Notes under the pieces: generated by a model
What the model saw: only the letters and a program-made list of their open reading frames with translations
Told to the model about the DNA's origin: nothing
Databases searched by the model: none
Made by a program: the position numbers and the translations under genes
From: Squalus acanthias
Lineage: Eukaryota
Reading direction: 5' to 3'
Assembly (NCBI GenBank): GCA_030390025.1
Contig: JASTWF010000033.1
Span: 5,334,001-5,398,000 of the forward strand
Length of the DNA stretch: 64,000 nt
Shown: one piece after another, positions 36,340 through 49,184 of the stretch
How the letters are laid out: the number at the start of each line of letters is the position of its first letter
Numbering within the stretch: position 1 is the first letter of the stretch

Positions 36340-39300
36340 TAACTGTATCTGAATGCAAGAAACATTCGTAATCAGGTAAACGAATTAACAGCGCAAATAG
36401 ATGTAAACGGATACGATATAATTGCGATTACGGAGACATGGCTGCAGGGTGACCAAGGCTGGGAGCTGAATATCCAAGGATATTCGATATTTAGGAAGGA
36501 CAGGCATAAAGGAAAAGGAGGTGGGGTGGCGTTGTTAGTAAAGGATGAAATCAGTGCAATACTGAGAAAGGATATTGGCTCAGAAAATCAAGATGTAGTA
36601 TCAGTCTAGGTGGAGCTCAGCAGCACCAAGGACAGAAAACATCGGTGGGAGTTGTCTATAGGCCTCCAAACAGTAGTGGTAATGTAGGGGATGGCATCAA
36701 ACAGGAAATTAGAGATGCATGTAACAAGAGTACGACAGTAATCATGGGTGAGTTTAATCTACTTATAGACTGGCCAAACCAAATTAGCAATAATACTGTG
36801 GAGGATGAATTCCTGGAGTGTGTACGAGATGTTTTTTTTGGACCAGTACGTTGAGGAGCCAAATAGGGAACAGGTTATCCTAGATTGGGTATTGTGGAAT
36901 GCGAAGCGAATAATTAATAAACTTGTTGTGCAGGGTCCTTTAGGGAAGAGTGACCATAACATGATAGAATTCTTCATTAAGATGGAAAGTGAAGAAGTCC
37001 AATCCGCAACTAGGATTCTTAAACTAAACAAAGGAAACTACGAAGGTATGAAGAGTGAGTTGGCTATGATAGATTGGGGAGCTTCAATAAAATGCATGAT
37101 GGTGGATAGGCAATGGCTAACATTTAAGGATGAATGCATGAATTGCAACCGTTATACATTCCTTTCTGGCGCAAAAACACAAAAGGAAAAGCGGCCCAAC
37201 CATGGCTAACAAAAGAAATTAAGGATAGTATTAGATCCAAAGAGGTGGCATATAAATATGCCTGAAAAAGTAGCAAGCCTGAGGATTGGGAGCAGTTTAG
37301 AGTTCAGCAAAAAAGGACCACGAGATTGATTAAGAAGGAACATAAAAGTGGACTGCAAAGTCTTCTACAGGCATCTAAAAAGAAAAAGATTAGTGAAGAC
37401 AAATACAGTCCCTTACAGTCAGAAACGGGAGAATTTATAATGGGGAATAAGGAAATGGCTGAGCAGTTAAACAAATACTTTGGTTCTGTCTTCAAGAAAG
37501 AGGACACACATAACTTTTCAGAAATGCTAGGGAACCAAAGGTCTAGTGAGAAGGAGGAATTAAAGGAAATTAGTATTAGTAAAAAAATAGTTTTGGAGAA
37601 ATTAATGTAACTGAAAGCCGATAAATCGGCAGGGCCTGATAATCTGCATCCCAGAGTACTAAAAGAGGTAGTCATGGCAATAGTGGATGCCTTGGTTTTC
37701 ATCTTCCAAAATTCTGTATATTATGGAACAGATCCTGAAGATTGGAGGGTGGCAAATGTAACCTCACTATTTAAAAAAAGGGGGAGAGAGAAAACAGGGA
37801 ACTACAGACCGGTTAGCCTAACATCAGTAGTAGGGAACATGCTAGAGTCTATTATAAAGGATTTGATAACAGGATTGGGGGTAATGTTCTGGCATGGATA
37901 GAGGATTGGCTATCTAACAGAAAGCAAAGAGTTGGGATAAATGGTTCATTCTCAGACTGGCAATCAGTAACTAGTGGTGTTCCACAGGGGTCAGTGCTGG
38001 GTCCCCAACTCTTTACAATCTATATTGACGATTTGGAGGAAGGGACCAAGTGTAACATATCAAAATTTGCAGATGATACAAAGATGGGAGGGAAAGTAGT
38101 GAGTGAGGAGGACATAAAAAACCTGCAAGGGGACATAGACAGGCTAAGTAAGTGGGCAGAGATTTGGCAGATGGAATACAACACTGGAAAGTGTGAGGTG
38201 ATGCACTTTGGCAGGAAAAATCCTAGAGCAATTTATTATCTTAATGGCAAGAAACTGGAGAGTACTGAAGTGCAAAGGGATCTGGGGGTCCTGGTGCACG
38301 AAACTCAAAAGGTTAGTATGCAGGTGCAGCAAGTGATTAAGAAGGCAAATGGAATGTTGGCTTTCATTGCTAGGGGGATAGAATATAAAAATAGGGAGGT
38401 ATTGCTTCAGTTGTACAAGGTATTGGTGAGACCGCACCTGGAATACTGCATACAGTTTTGGTGTCCTTACTTAAGGAAAGACATCCTTGCTCTCGAGGCA
38501 GTGCAAAAAAGGTTCACTCGGTTAATCCCGGGGATGAGGGGGTGGTCATATGAGGAGAGGTTGGGTAGATTGGGACTCTACTCATTGGAGTTCAGAAGAA
38601 TGAGAGGTGATCTTATTGAAACATATAAGATTGTGAAGGGGTTGGATCGGGTGGATGCGGGGAGGATGTTCCCGATGACGGGTGAGACTAGAACTAGGGG
38701 ACATAGTCTTAGAATAAGGGGCTGCTCTTTCAAAACTGAGATGAGGAGGAACTACTTCACTCAGAGGGTGGTAGGTCCATGGAATATGCTGCCACAAAAA
38801 GCTGTAGAAGCTACATCATTAAATAAATTTAAAACAGAAATAGACAGTTTCCTAGAAGTAAAGGGCATTAAGGGTTACGGGGAGCGGGCAGGAATTTGGA
38901 CATGCGTCTAGGTTCGGATCGGTCATGGCCCTGTGGGTAGTGGAGCGGGCCCAGGGACCGTGTAGCCTGATTCTGCTCCTATTTCGTGTGTGCAATTCTG
39001 TTAGATGCAGGAGATGGTTCTGTGATAGATAGTAGATTGGCGGTTAGGATCAGATCAGCCATGATCTTATTGAATGGCGGAGCAGGCTCGAGGGGCCGAT
39101 TGGCCTACTCCTGCTCTTATTTCTTATGTTAAAATATCAACGGGATTAGACAAAGTCAGCATGGATTTATGAAAGGGAAATTGTGTTTGACAAACCTAAT
39201 AGAATATTTTGAGGATGTAACTGTTAGAATAGATAAGGAAGAACCAGTGGATATGTGTATTTGGATTTTCAGAAGGCCTTTAACAAAGTCCCACATAAGA

Positions 39301-40152
39301 GGTTAGTGTGTAAAATTAAAGCACATGGGATTGGGGGTAATATACTGGCATGGATTGAAAATTGGTAAATAGACAGGAAACAGAGAGTAGGAATAAATGG
39401 GTCTTTTTCGGGGTGGCAGGCGGTGACTAGTGGGGTACCGCAGGGATCAGTGCTTGGGCCCCAGCTATTCACAATATATATCAATGATTGGATAAGGGAA
39501 CCAAATGTAATATTTCCAAGTTTGCAGATGACACGAAACTAGGTGGGATTGTGAGTTGTGAGGAGGATGCAAAGAGGCTTCATGGCGATTTAGTCAGGTT
39601 GAGTGAGTGGGCAAATACATGGCAGATGCTGTATATCGTGGATAATTGCGAAGTTATCCACTTGGGTAGGAAAATCAGAAAGGCAGAATATTATTTAAAT
39701 GGTGATAGATTGGGAAATGTTGATGCACACAGGGACATGGGTGTCCTTGTACAGCATTCACTGAAAGAAACAGGCAGCAAACAGTTAGGAAGGCAAATGA
39801 TATGTTGGCCTTCATTGCAAAAGGATTTGAGTTCAGGAGCAAGGATGTCTTACTATAGTTATACAGGGCCTTGTTGAGACCACACCTGGAGTACAGTGTG
39901 CAGTTTTGGTCACCTTACCTAAGAAACGACATACTTGCCATAGATGGAGTGCAGCGAAGTTTCACCAGAATATATTTAAGAAGGAGATAAATTTCTAGCC
40001 ACAAAAGGTATCACGGGGGTATGATGAGAGAGCAGGAATATGGTATTGAGATAGAGGATCAGCCATGATTATATTGAATGGCGGAGCAGGCTCGAAGGTC
40101 CGAATGGCCTACTCCTGCTCCTATTTTTCTACGTTTTCTATGTTTCTATGTT
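36340..40152 (+). mobile_element. long decayed CR1 ORF2 (APE endonuclease plus RT), interrupted by a younger CR1
   Basis: [42 protein letters not shown] peptides; tail ends ~40152. Confidence 0.92.
37872..39130 (+). mobile_element. younger 5'-truncated CR1 nested in the older copy, uninterrupted 305-aa RT C-terminus
   Basis: ORF 37994-38911 open, with KFADDTK; the host element resumes at 39131 (aaaatatcaacgggattagacaaagtcagcatgg). Confidence 0.88.
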
Positions 40153-41015
40153 TAACGATTAATGACGTGATATGGCGTCACAGTGGTTCTGTTACTCGAC
40201 CAGTAATCCAGAGACCTGGACTAATGATCCGGGGCCGTGAGTTTAAATCCCACTGCTCCAGCTGGGTGAAATACGAAACCAAGGTTGCGAACAGACTGGT
40301 TCAGCCTCAGACAGTGGCCAGGGATAGGGATGGAGTCGGTGGCCAGGGAACGGAGTTTGTGGCGGGGACCAGCACTCAATGGCGATACATCGCTGACCCC
40401 TAAAGGCTACTTGCAAACCTTTCCGCCCAGCAAAATTCCAAATAGTGAGCAAGGTTATCTCCATTATTCCACTTGGGCTCGGCCTTTCCTCATCCATAGC
40501 TACAGATTCAACACTTTCCCCTCTGCCAAGTGTCGATGCTGAGCTAATCACACAGCTGCCGTCAAGGCTATCGGTTCTCAAGTCGCTGCTTCTGTTTCAC
40601 ACTGCACAGCACAGGTTGTATTATTGTCTTATCAGATAGAAAGTGTATAAGCATTGCAAGCAACTGATGCACAAAGCTTGAAAAGACAATGTAAAATTTG
40701 CTCGAGGGCGAGAACACAATACATGCAATGCCTGCATTTCAGGAAGCACTGCTTTGAAGTTCTTCATGTCTACCAGCTGAATGCAGATGGAAATGAACAT
40801 TTCATCAAACAGCATTCTGTTGAGCAGTCAAACGCTGCATTGAACAACAAACTTTCTCTTCCGCTGATTTGGAACAGGAAAATTATGATTTGACATCTAG
40901 ACAAGGCGCTCAATCCTCATTGATTCATGCAGCAAACTGCCCAGAGCAGCGATTGGCTCAGGTGCCTTTTACTTCTTTGTTCTAAACTTTCCAACAGCTG
41001 GGACAAGAAGAAATC

Positions 41016-41087
41016 AGGTTCCACCGAGATTTAAACTCAGATCACTGGATTCAAAGTTCAGAGTGATCACCATTACACCATGGAACA
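41016..41087 (-). pseudogene. tRNA-Gln(TTG), probably pseudogene
   Basis: 72-nt match GTTCCATGGTGTAATGGTGATCACTCTGAACTTTGAATCCAG...TCTCGGTGGAACCT; B box C56>T. Confidence 0.88.
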
Positions 41088-41162
41088 CACACCCGCTGCT
41101 TGAGCCAACTCTGTTTTCTCAATCTCTGCTACCATTCACAGCCAGTGGAATCGTTTCTGCCA

Positions 41163-41348
41163 GTGCTGGGAATACTCAACAGGTCAGGCAGCATCTGTGG
41201 AGAGTCCAACAGAGTTGTGACAAAGGGTCATTCACCTGAAACGTTAACTCGGTTTCTCTCTCCACAGATGCTGCCTGACCTGCTGAGATTTTCCAGTATT
41301 TTCTGGAGGGTTTTTAGATTTCTAGCATCCACAGTATTTTGCATTTGG
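41163..41348. mobile_element. inverted-repeat remnant of a second Penelope-like terminus family
   Basis: gctgggaatactcaacaggtcaggcagcatctgtggagag / ctctccacagatgctgcctgacctgctgagattttccagt arms with central degenerate hammerhead-like motif ...cctgaaacgttaact. Confidence 0.65.
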
Positions 41349-41609
41349 AATCTTTTCTGACTCCAGTTCAGTGGCACTTGTTGTCTGTTGCAAAGGGATG
41401 AATCGTTTCAACTGAAAAGTGAACTATCTTAGTCAAGAGCAAAATCTGTCATTGTGCCAGGAGCTGGACTGAGAGCTCCAGTAACATGGATTGCAGTAGC
41501 AGCTCAGGCGACTGGGGGTTTGTGGAATGTTGTAGTCTAGAATCGATCTGTCCGCAGATTTTAACAAGTGTCTGCATTTACATGTAAAACACAGAGATTG
41601 ACACAAATC

Positions 41610-41680
41610 AGGTCCTACTGAGATTTAAATCAGGTCGCTGGATTCAAAGTCCACAGTGTTCACCATTACACCATGGAACC
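41610..41680 (-). pseudogene. tRNA-Gln(TTG) pseudogene
   Basis: GGTTCCATGGTGTAATGGTGAACACTGTGGACTTTGAATCCAGCGACC..; T arm damaged. Confidence 0.85.
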
Positions 41681-41736
41681 GACACTGACATCTTATTGAG
41701 AGCAAATATTTGAAAGAAACTTGCCTCTTTTGTCAT

Positions 41737-42430
41737 AAACAACAACTTGCATCTATATAGCGCCTTTACCGGCGTAGACCGTCCCAAGGCGCTTCACAGG
41801 AGGGTTCTGAACCAAATTGTGACACCTAGCCGCGAAAGGAATTATGGCCGGAGAGTCCAGAACCAGAGGTCATAATCTACGGATAACGGGTAAACCATTT
41901 AGGACAGAAATGAGGAAGAATTTCTTCACCCAGACAGTGGTGAACCTGTGGAATTCTCTACCACAGAAGGTAGTTGAGGCGAAGTCATTAAATATATTCA
42001 CGGTTGAGTTAGATATATTTCTTAAAGCTAAAGATATCAAGGGATATGGGGAGAAGGCAGGTACAGGGTACTGAGTTTAGATGATCAGCCATGATCTCAT
42101 TAAATGGCGGAGCAGGCTCGAGGGGCCGAATGGCCTACTCCTGCTCCTATCTTCTATGTTTCTATTAGCACAGATGATCGAAAGTTGGTCACAGAGGTAG
42201 GTTTTAAGGAGCGCGTTAAAAGAGGAAAGAGAGATAGAGAGGCGGAGAGGTTCAGGGAGGGAATTCCAGAGCTGAGGTCCTCGGCAGCTGAAGGCACGGC
42301 CACCCATGGTGGAGCGATTAAAGTCAGTGCTGTTAAGAGCCCTGAATTGGAGGAGCGCAGATATCGCGGGGAGTTGTAGGGCTGGAGGAGATTACAGAGA
42401 TAGAAAGGGGCGAGGCCATGGAGGGATTTG
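41737..42430 (-). mobile_element. L2-type LINE 3' end, interrupted by a plus-strand CR1 3' end (~41844-42163)
   Basis: GGRAFSCRGPQLWNSLP..LR.S.SLSSF..LLKTYL peptide plus gctatataga..caagttgttg tail; the inserted piece encodes ESRTRGHNLRI..FRTEMRKNFFTQ. Confidence 0.8.
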
Positions 42431-42759
42431 CACTAGTGCGAGAACACAGTACATGCAACGTCTGCATTTCAAGAAGCAATGCTTTGAAACTCTACAAGTC
42501 TGACTTCTGAATGCAGATTACAAAGAGAAGTTCAGCAAACACCATGATGTTGTGCAGACAGACGCTGCATTGGACAACAAACAACTTTCACTTCCGCTGA
42601 TTTGGAACAGGGAAAGACAGGCTGAGCTTGTGATTTGACATCTAGACAAGGAGATCAATCCTCATTGATGAAGGCAGCAAACGGCCCAGAGCAGCGATTG
42701 GTTTCCAGGAGACTTTTCCTTGTTTTTATCAAATTTTCCAACAGCCGGGACAAGAATTC

Positions 42760-42831
42760 AGGTTCCACCGAGATTTAAACTGAGATCACTGGATTCAAAG
42801 TCCAGAGTGCTCACCATTACACCATTCCACG
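42760..42831 (-). pseudogene. tRNA-Gln(TTG), 5' acceptor strand lost
   Basis: ATGGTGTAATGGTGAGCACTCTGGACTTTGAATCCAGTGATC...CTCGGTGGAACCT. Confidence 0.85.
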
Positions 42832-43137
42832 TGCGCTCCTCTGAGCCAACTCTGTTTTCTCCAGCTCTCCTCCCATTCACAGTCACTGGAATCTTTCCTA
42901 ACTCCTGTTCAGTGAGACTTGTGGTCTGACACAAAGAGACGCATCGTTTCAACAATCTCCGCCAAGAACAGCATTCTGTCATTGTGGCAGGAGCTGGACT
43001 CAGAGCTCCAGTAACATGGATTGCAGCAGCAGCTCAGGATTGGAGGCTTGTGGAATGTTATTTACTAGAATCGATCTGTCTGCAGATGTTAAAAAGTGTC
43101 CCCATTTCCATGGGAATCATAGAGATTGACACAAAAC

Positions 43138-43209
43138 AAGTTCCAGCGAGATTTGAACTCAGATCGCTAGATTCAGAGTCCAGAGCGCTCACCGTTACAC
43201 CACAAACAG
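43138..43209 (-). pseudogene. tRNA-Gln(CTG) pseudogene
   Basis: GTGGTGTAACGGTGAGCGCTCTGGACTCTGAATCTAGCGATCTGAGTTCAAATCTCGCTGGAAC. Confidence 0.83.
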
Positions 43210-43486
43210 GAAAGAACGTGTCAAAGGCGAGGTTGAATTGTTGATTCTTTCTCTCTCTCTCCACTGACTCTCTTTCACTACCATTTCCCCAATCGAATAT
43301 ATGGGAACATATTTCATTCCAAAGTGAGTAACCTCCTGAAAAGCTCCGTGATTTCCCTCGACGAATCACATCACTCTCGTTGGGATCAATTTCGACGAGA
43401 AACAGCTGTGACGTCCTGAGTGGGTGAAAGGCGCTGCAGAAAGACAAGTCTTTCTTGCAAAAGTTTCAACTGCAATTTCAATACGC

Positions 43487-43575
43487 GGGCTCGTCCGGGA
43501 TTCGAATCCGGGAACTTCTGGCAAAATGTAACCAACAACCCCGAAGCGAGAATCACAACCCGAGACCAACTTATT
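43487..43575 (-). pseudogene. tRNA-Pro(CGG) with 16-nt intron-like insertion between positions 37 and 38; first 5 nt lost
   Basis: GTTGGTCTCGGGTTGTGATTCTCGCTTCGGG-[gttgttggttacattt]-TGCCAGAAGTTCCCGGATTCGAATCCCGGACGAGCCC. Confidence 0.85.
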
Positions 43576-43971
43576 AAAAAGATAGCCATACAGACCGATT
43601 GAAACTACAATTTGAATCCTATCGCTGACCCTGTGTTTTCCTATTAATCTGTGTTGTTCTGCTCCCACATTCTCAATGAGAAGGTTCCGAGCCTCAATTT
43701 TTAAATAAAATAAGTCCACATCTTCAGTAACGACACGCGAGGATGAGATTCCCTAAATCAGCGCCAACTTTCCCCAAAAAACCTTATAGTACGCAACCAA
43801 AACTGTGTCCTATATGGGAAATATCATTGAGAATTACTTCGCTCACTGTAACTATGCCATTTGAGTGGCATAATTCGCCTTTCAATGCGTATTTTATTCA
43901 TACTTAACCAAACATGTAATTGATTCCAGTTTTCATATTTACTGAACTTGAATGGAGAAAAGCCATCAGGT

Positions 43972-44044
43972 TGCCTCTACCCACTTTCGAACCGTTGAGT
44001 TGTCGAGTGTTAGCGGACTGCGATACTCACTACACACCGGAAAC
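43972..44044 (-). pseudogene. degenerate tRNA-Val(AAC), paralog of the 6720 and 9803 copies
   Basis: lies in an inverted diverged copy (~43440-44650) of the 6-8.4 kb unit. Confidence 0.65.
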
Positions 44045-44533
44045 CCTCAGCACTCGGGTGCATTGCAATGCAGCGACTCAATAGGAAGAGGAGGAGGCCA
44101 TTCAGCCCCTCGAGCCTGTTCCGCCATTCAATTAGATCGCGGGCTGATCTGCATCTGAACTCCATCTACCTGCTTAGGTTCCGTAACCCATAATACCCTT
44201 AACCAACAAAAATCTATCGACAGTAGCGGCAATATTCAGCCTCAAACCAGCTCCGCTGCCGGATCCAGACAGAAAAAGGCTTCTTACTGACGGCCACCGT
44301 GCAGATTTATGAATTACATTTCTGACCTTTACCGGGGAGGGATTCGTAGATTCCCAAATCGATCAAAAGATGAAATGGGCGTCACTGTTGATCAGTATTC
44401 TCTCACTCAAAGTTATCTATATAGTGAAGTGAAATAAAGAGCAGTTAATGAATAAGGGAGCAGCCACTGTAGCCCTTTTGACAGGAGAATAAACTCGCCT
44501 CGAGATGTTCATCCACAACAAGTTAAAACAAAA

Positions 44534-44606
44534 TGAATCCACCTGGGATCGAACCGGAGACCTTTCGCGTGTAAAGCGAACGTGATAACCACTACACCAC
44601 GGAAAC
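44534..44606 (-). pseudogene. tRNA-Val(TAC), acceptor stem damaged
   Basis: GTTTCCGTGGTGTAGTGGTTATCACGTTCGCTTTACACGCGAAAGGTCTCCGGTTCGATCCCAGGTGGATTCA. Confidence 0.87.
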
Positions 44607-44812
44607 TGCTGGTACTGCAACTGCAACAGAGCGGAACTGACCAGTGTACTCCCTCCGTGCTGATCGGGAATATGTTGGTTCAACTTAAACAACATCACTT
44701 GTGTCCCACACTAAAAGCTCACAATCCTTCTCCTCCACTACATTTTACAGCTCACACACGGGAGAGGTGGGGAAACGCTTCCCGCGGGTAGGGGCTGCTG
44801 TCAAGGATGGGA

Positions 44813-45272
44813 CATAGAATCATAGAATCATACAGCACTAAAGGAGGCCATTCGGCCCATCGTGCCTGTGCCGGCTCTTTGAAAGAGCTTTCCAATTAGT
44901 CCCACTCTCCTGCTCTTCCCTTAGCCCTGCAATGTTTCACTTTTTACCTTCCCTTTTGAAAGATACTATTGAATCAGCTTCCACCGACCTTTCAAGGAGT
45001 GCATTCCAGATCATAACAACTCGCTGCGTAAAAAAAAATCGCCTCGCCTCCTCCCTGGCTTTTTGTTTTACCGTTTATCTGAAATCTGTGTCCTCTGGTA
45101 ACCGATCCTCCTGCCAGTGGAATCAGTTTCTCCCTGTCTGCTCCATCAACGCCCCCACCCGGCCCATAATGGTGAACACCTCTATTAAATCTCCCGTTAA
45201 CCTTCTCTGCCATAAGGAGAACAATCCCAGCTTCTCCAGCCTCTCCACATCACTGAAGTCCCTCATCCCTGG
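44813..45272 (-). mobile_element. CR1 3' end
   Basis: REKLIPLAGGSVTRGHRFQI peptide and atgattctatg tail on the minus strand. Confidence 0.82.
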
Positions 45273-45887
45273 ACATGATGTAAGGCGGAGGATTGCGACC
45301 AGATTTTGAAAATATTGCCAGTTGGGAGCGGGAAAAATCGAAAAGAGCCCAAAAAGAAAATACAGTGAACAGTTTTGTGAATCTTTAGAAACGCTTTTGG
45401 AAACGGAATGAGGAGAGAATGAAGAGCTGAACTGCCCGACTGACCAGAGGCGATCAAGGCACCTTTCCCTGGTTTAAGACAATGAGACATTTACTCTGAT
45501 GTTACCGGTGAATTTAACTGATCGGAGCCAAGTGAAAGATTCTCGTTACTGCAGATCAGGAATATAAACCTAATACCGGCTTCGGGACAATCAGAATATT
45601 TCCTCACAGACAAAGCACCGAAAGGCTCGAAGTGAGACCGCGCCAGTTGCGGGAGAGCTGGTTGATAGTCATATGAGGGAGAAGGGAATAGTGGGTTCTG
45701 CTGACAGAGTTAGATGTGGAAAGACGGGAGGAGGCTCTAGTGGAGCATAAACGCCGGCATGGACTGATTGGGCCGAATGGCCTGTTTATGTGCTGTATAT
45801 CCTTTGTAATCCTATGTACTCCTAAGCAATGCAAGAAAAGTTACCAAATCAATTTGTAATTTTCCCATGGAGATGACGTTATTCTGG

Positions 45888-47412
45888 CAAGTGAGGAGAT
45901 TGCAGGGGCTCTGACACACATTTTCAGAACCTCTCTGGCCACAGGGGAGGTGCCAGAGGACTGGCGGACAGCTAACGTAGTACCATTATTCAAGAAGGGT
46001 AGTAGGGATAAACCAGGGAATTACAGGCCAGTGAGCCCAACGTCAGTGGTAGGGAAATAATTGGAAAAAAATCTGAGGGACCGAATTAGTCTCCACTTGG
46101 AGAGGCAAGGATTAATCAAGAATAGTCAGCATGGCTGTGTCAGGGGTAGATCATGTCTAACCAATTTGATTGAATTTTTCGAGGGGGTGTCTAGGTGTGT
46201 GGATGAGAGTAGTGCAGTTGATGTAGTCTACATGGACTTCAGTAAGGCTTTTGACTAAGTCCCGCATGGGAGACTGATCAAGAAGGTAAGATCCCATGGG
46301 ATCCAGGGCAATTTGGCACATTGGATCCAAAATTGCCTTAGTGGCAGGAGGCAGAAGGTGATGGTCAAAGGTTGTTTTTGTGATTGGAAGACTGTGTTCA
46401 GTGGTGTACCGCAGGGATCGGTGCTGGGTCCGTTGCTGTTTGTAGTGTACATTAATGATTTAGTTAAGAATGTAGGAGGTATGATCAGTAAGTTCGCAGA
46501 CGACACGAAAATTGGTAGAGTGGTTAATAGCGAGGAGGGAAGCCTCAGTCTACAGGACGATATAGACGGGTTGGTCAGATGGGCAGAACAGTGGCAAATG
46601 GAATTTAACCCTGAAAAGTGTGAATGCATTTTGGGAGGACTAACAAGGCAAGGGAATACACAATGAATGGTAGGACCCTAGGAAGGACAGGGGATCAGAG
46701 GGACCTTGGTGTACATGTACATAGATCCCTAAAGGCAGCAGGACAGGTAGATAAGGTGGTTAAGAAGTCATATGGGATACTTGCCTTCATTAGCCAAGGC
46801 ATAGAATATAAGAGCAGGAAGGTTATGATGGAGCTGTACAAATCGCTAGTTAGTCCACAGCTGGAATACTGTGTGCAGTTCTGGTCGCCACACTATAGGA
46901 AGGATGTGATTGCATTGGAGAGGGTGCAAAGAAGATTCACCAGGCTGTTACCTGGGCTGGAGCGTTTCAGCTATGAAGGGAGACTGGACAGGCTGGGGTT
47001 GTTTTCCTTGGAGCAGCGAAGCCTGAGGGGGTCCTGATTGAGGTGTACAAAATTATGAGGGGCATAGATAGGGTAGATAGAGAGGAACGTTTCCCCTTAG
47101 TAAAGGGGTCAATCACCAGGGTGCATAGTTTCAAGGTAAGGGGCAGGAGGTTTAGAGGGGATTTGAGGAACACATTTTTCACCCAGAGGGTGGTTGGAAT
47201 CTGGAACTCACTGCCTGAAAGGATGGTAGAGGCAGGAACCCTCACAACATTCAAGAAGCATTTAGATGAGCACTTGAAACATCATAGCATACAAGGCTAC
47301 GGAATAAGTGCTGGAAAATGGGATTAGAATAGACAGGGCTTGATGGCCAGCTCAGACACGATGGGCCGAAGGGCCTCTTTCTGTGCTGTATAACTCTATG
47401 ATTCTATGACTC
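45888..47412 (+). mobile_element. CR1 LINE 3' half (RT plus tail)
   Basis: [44 protein letters not shown]; tail ctatgattctatgactct. Confidence 0.93.
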
Positions 47413-47569
47413 TGTGGTTGTCCCGGTTTAAAACTAGATTAAAAAGGAAATAATTGAAGCAAATATAACGTAAGAATCAAACACAACTTTTTACCTCACA
47501 GGTGTTCCATCTGACTGATATGTATAACCTGACCCATTTGTTGTTATTGTGCCAAGTATGGTTATTACG

Positions 47570-49115
47570 AACATACGAACATACTAATTAGGAGCAGGAG
47601 TAGGCCACTCGGCCCCTCGAGCCTGCTCCGCCATTCAATAAGTTCATGGCCGATCCGATACTCCACATTCCCGCCTACCCCCGATAACCTTTCACCCCCT
47701 TGCTGATCAAGAATCTATCTACCTCTGCCTTAAAAATATTCAAAGACTCTGCTTCCAGCGCCCTCTGAGGAAGAGAGTTCCAAAGACTCACGACCCTCTG
47801 TGAGAAAAAAATTCTCCTCATCTCTGTCTTAACTGGGCGACCCCTTATTTTTAAACAGTGAGCCCTAGTTGTATATTCTCCCACAAGAGGAATCATCCTC
47901 TCCACATCCACCCTGTCCAGACCCCTTAGGTTCTTATATGTTTCAATCAAGTCACCTCTTTCTCTTCTAAACTCAAGCGGATACAAACCTAGCCTGTCCA
48001 ACCTTTCCTCATAAGACAACACGCCCATTCCAGGTATTAGTCTAGTAAACTTTCTCTGAACTGCTTCCAAAGCATTTATATGCTTCCTTAAATAAGGAGA
48101 CCAATACTGTACACAGTACTCCAGATGTGGTTTCACCAATGCCCTGTATAACTGAAACATAACCTCCCTACTTCTGTATTCAATTCCCCTCTCAATAAAC
48201 GACTACATTTTATTAGATTTCCTAATTACTTGCTGTACCTGCATAGTAACCTTTTGCGATTCATGCACTAGGACACCCAGATCCTTCTGCATCTCAGAGC
48301 TCTGCAATCTCTCACCATTTAGATAATATGCTTCTTTTTTATTCTTCCTGCCAAAATGGACAATTTCACATTTTCCCATATTATACCCCATTTGCCAGTT
48401 CATTGTCCACTCACTTAACCTATCTATATCCCTTTGTAGCCTCCTTATGTCCTCTTCACAATTTACTTTCTTACCAATCTTTGTGTCATCAGCAAATTTA
48501 CCAACCCAACCTTCGGTCCCTTCATCCAAGTCATTTATATAAATTGTAAAAAGTTGAGACCCCAGCACTGATTCCTGTGGCACACCACTTGTTACATTTT
48601 GAGAATCAGAAAATGACCCATTTATGCCTACTCTCTGTTTCCTGTTAGCTAGCCAATCTTCTATCCATGCCAATATTTTACCCCCTATACCATGAACTTT
48701 TATTTTCCGCAATAACCTTTGATGTGGCACCTTATCAAATGAGTTCTGGAAATCTAAGAACAGTACATCCACCGATTCCCATTTATGTACAGCATATTTT
48801 ACTTCCTAAAAGAACTCCAATAAATTGGTAAAACATGATTTCTTCTGCACAAAACCATGTTGAGTCTGCCTGATTACTTTGAACTTTTCTAAGTGCCCTG
48901 CTATAACGTCTTTAATAATAGCTTCTAACATCTTCCCTATGACAGATGTTATGCTAACTGGCCTGTAGTTTCCTGCTTTCTGTCTCCCTCCCTTTTTGAA
49001 TAAAGGAGTTACGTTCGCTATTTTCCAATCTAATGGAACCTTCCCCGAATCTAGGGAATTTTGGAAAATTAAAACTAACGCATCAACTATCTCACAAGCC
49101 ACTTCTTTTAAGATT
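47570..49115 (-). mobile_element. CR1 LINE 3' half
   Basis: ORFs 48806-49102, 48203-48772 and 47675-48160 are consecutive RT segments. Confidence 0.93.
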
Positions 49116-49184
49116 TCTCAAGTGGGACCCAATCTTAACATCACTACATAAGAAACAGGAGCAGGTGTAGGCCGTTCGGCAGCG

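Noticed and set aside
37994..38911. RT ORFs as a retron, DGR or group II intron system
   Set aside because: Motifs, APE endonuclease linkage and 3' tails identify ordinary CR1 LINEs.
40172..40272. tRNA-like A/B box sequence
   Set aside because: No cloverleaf; more likely a decayed SINE head that I cannot name confidently.
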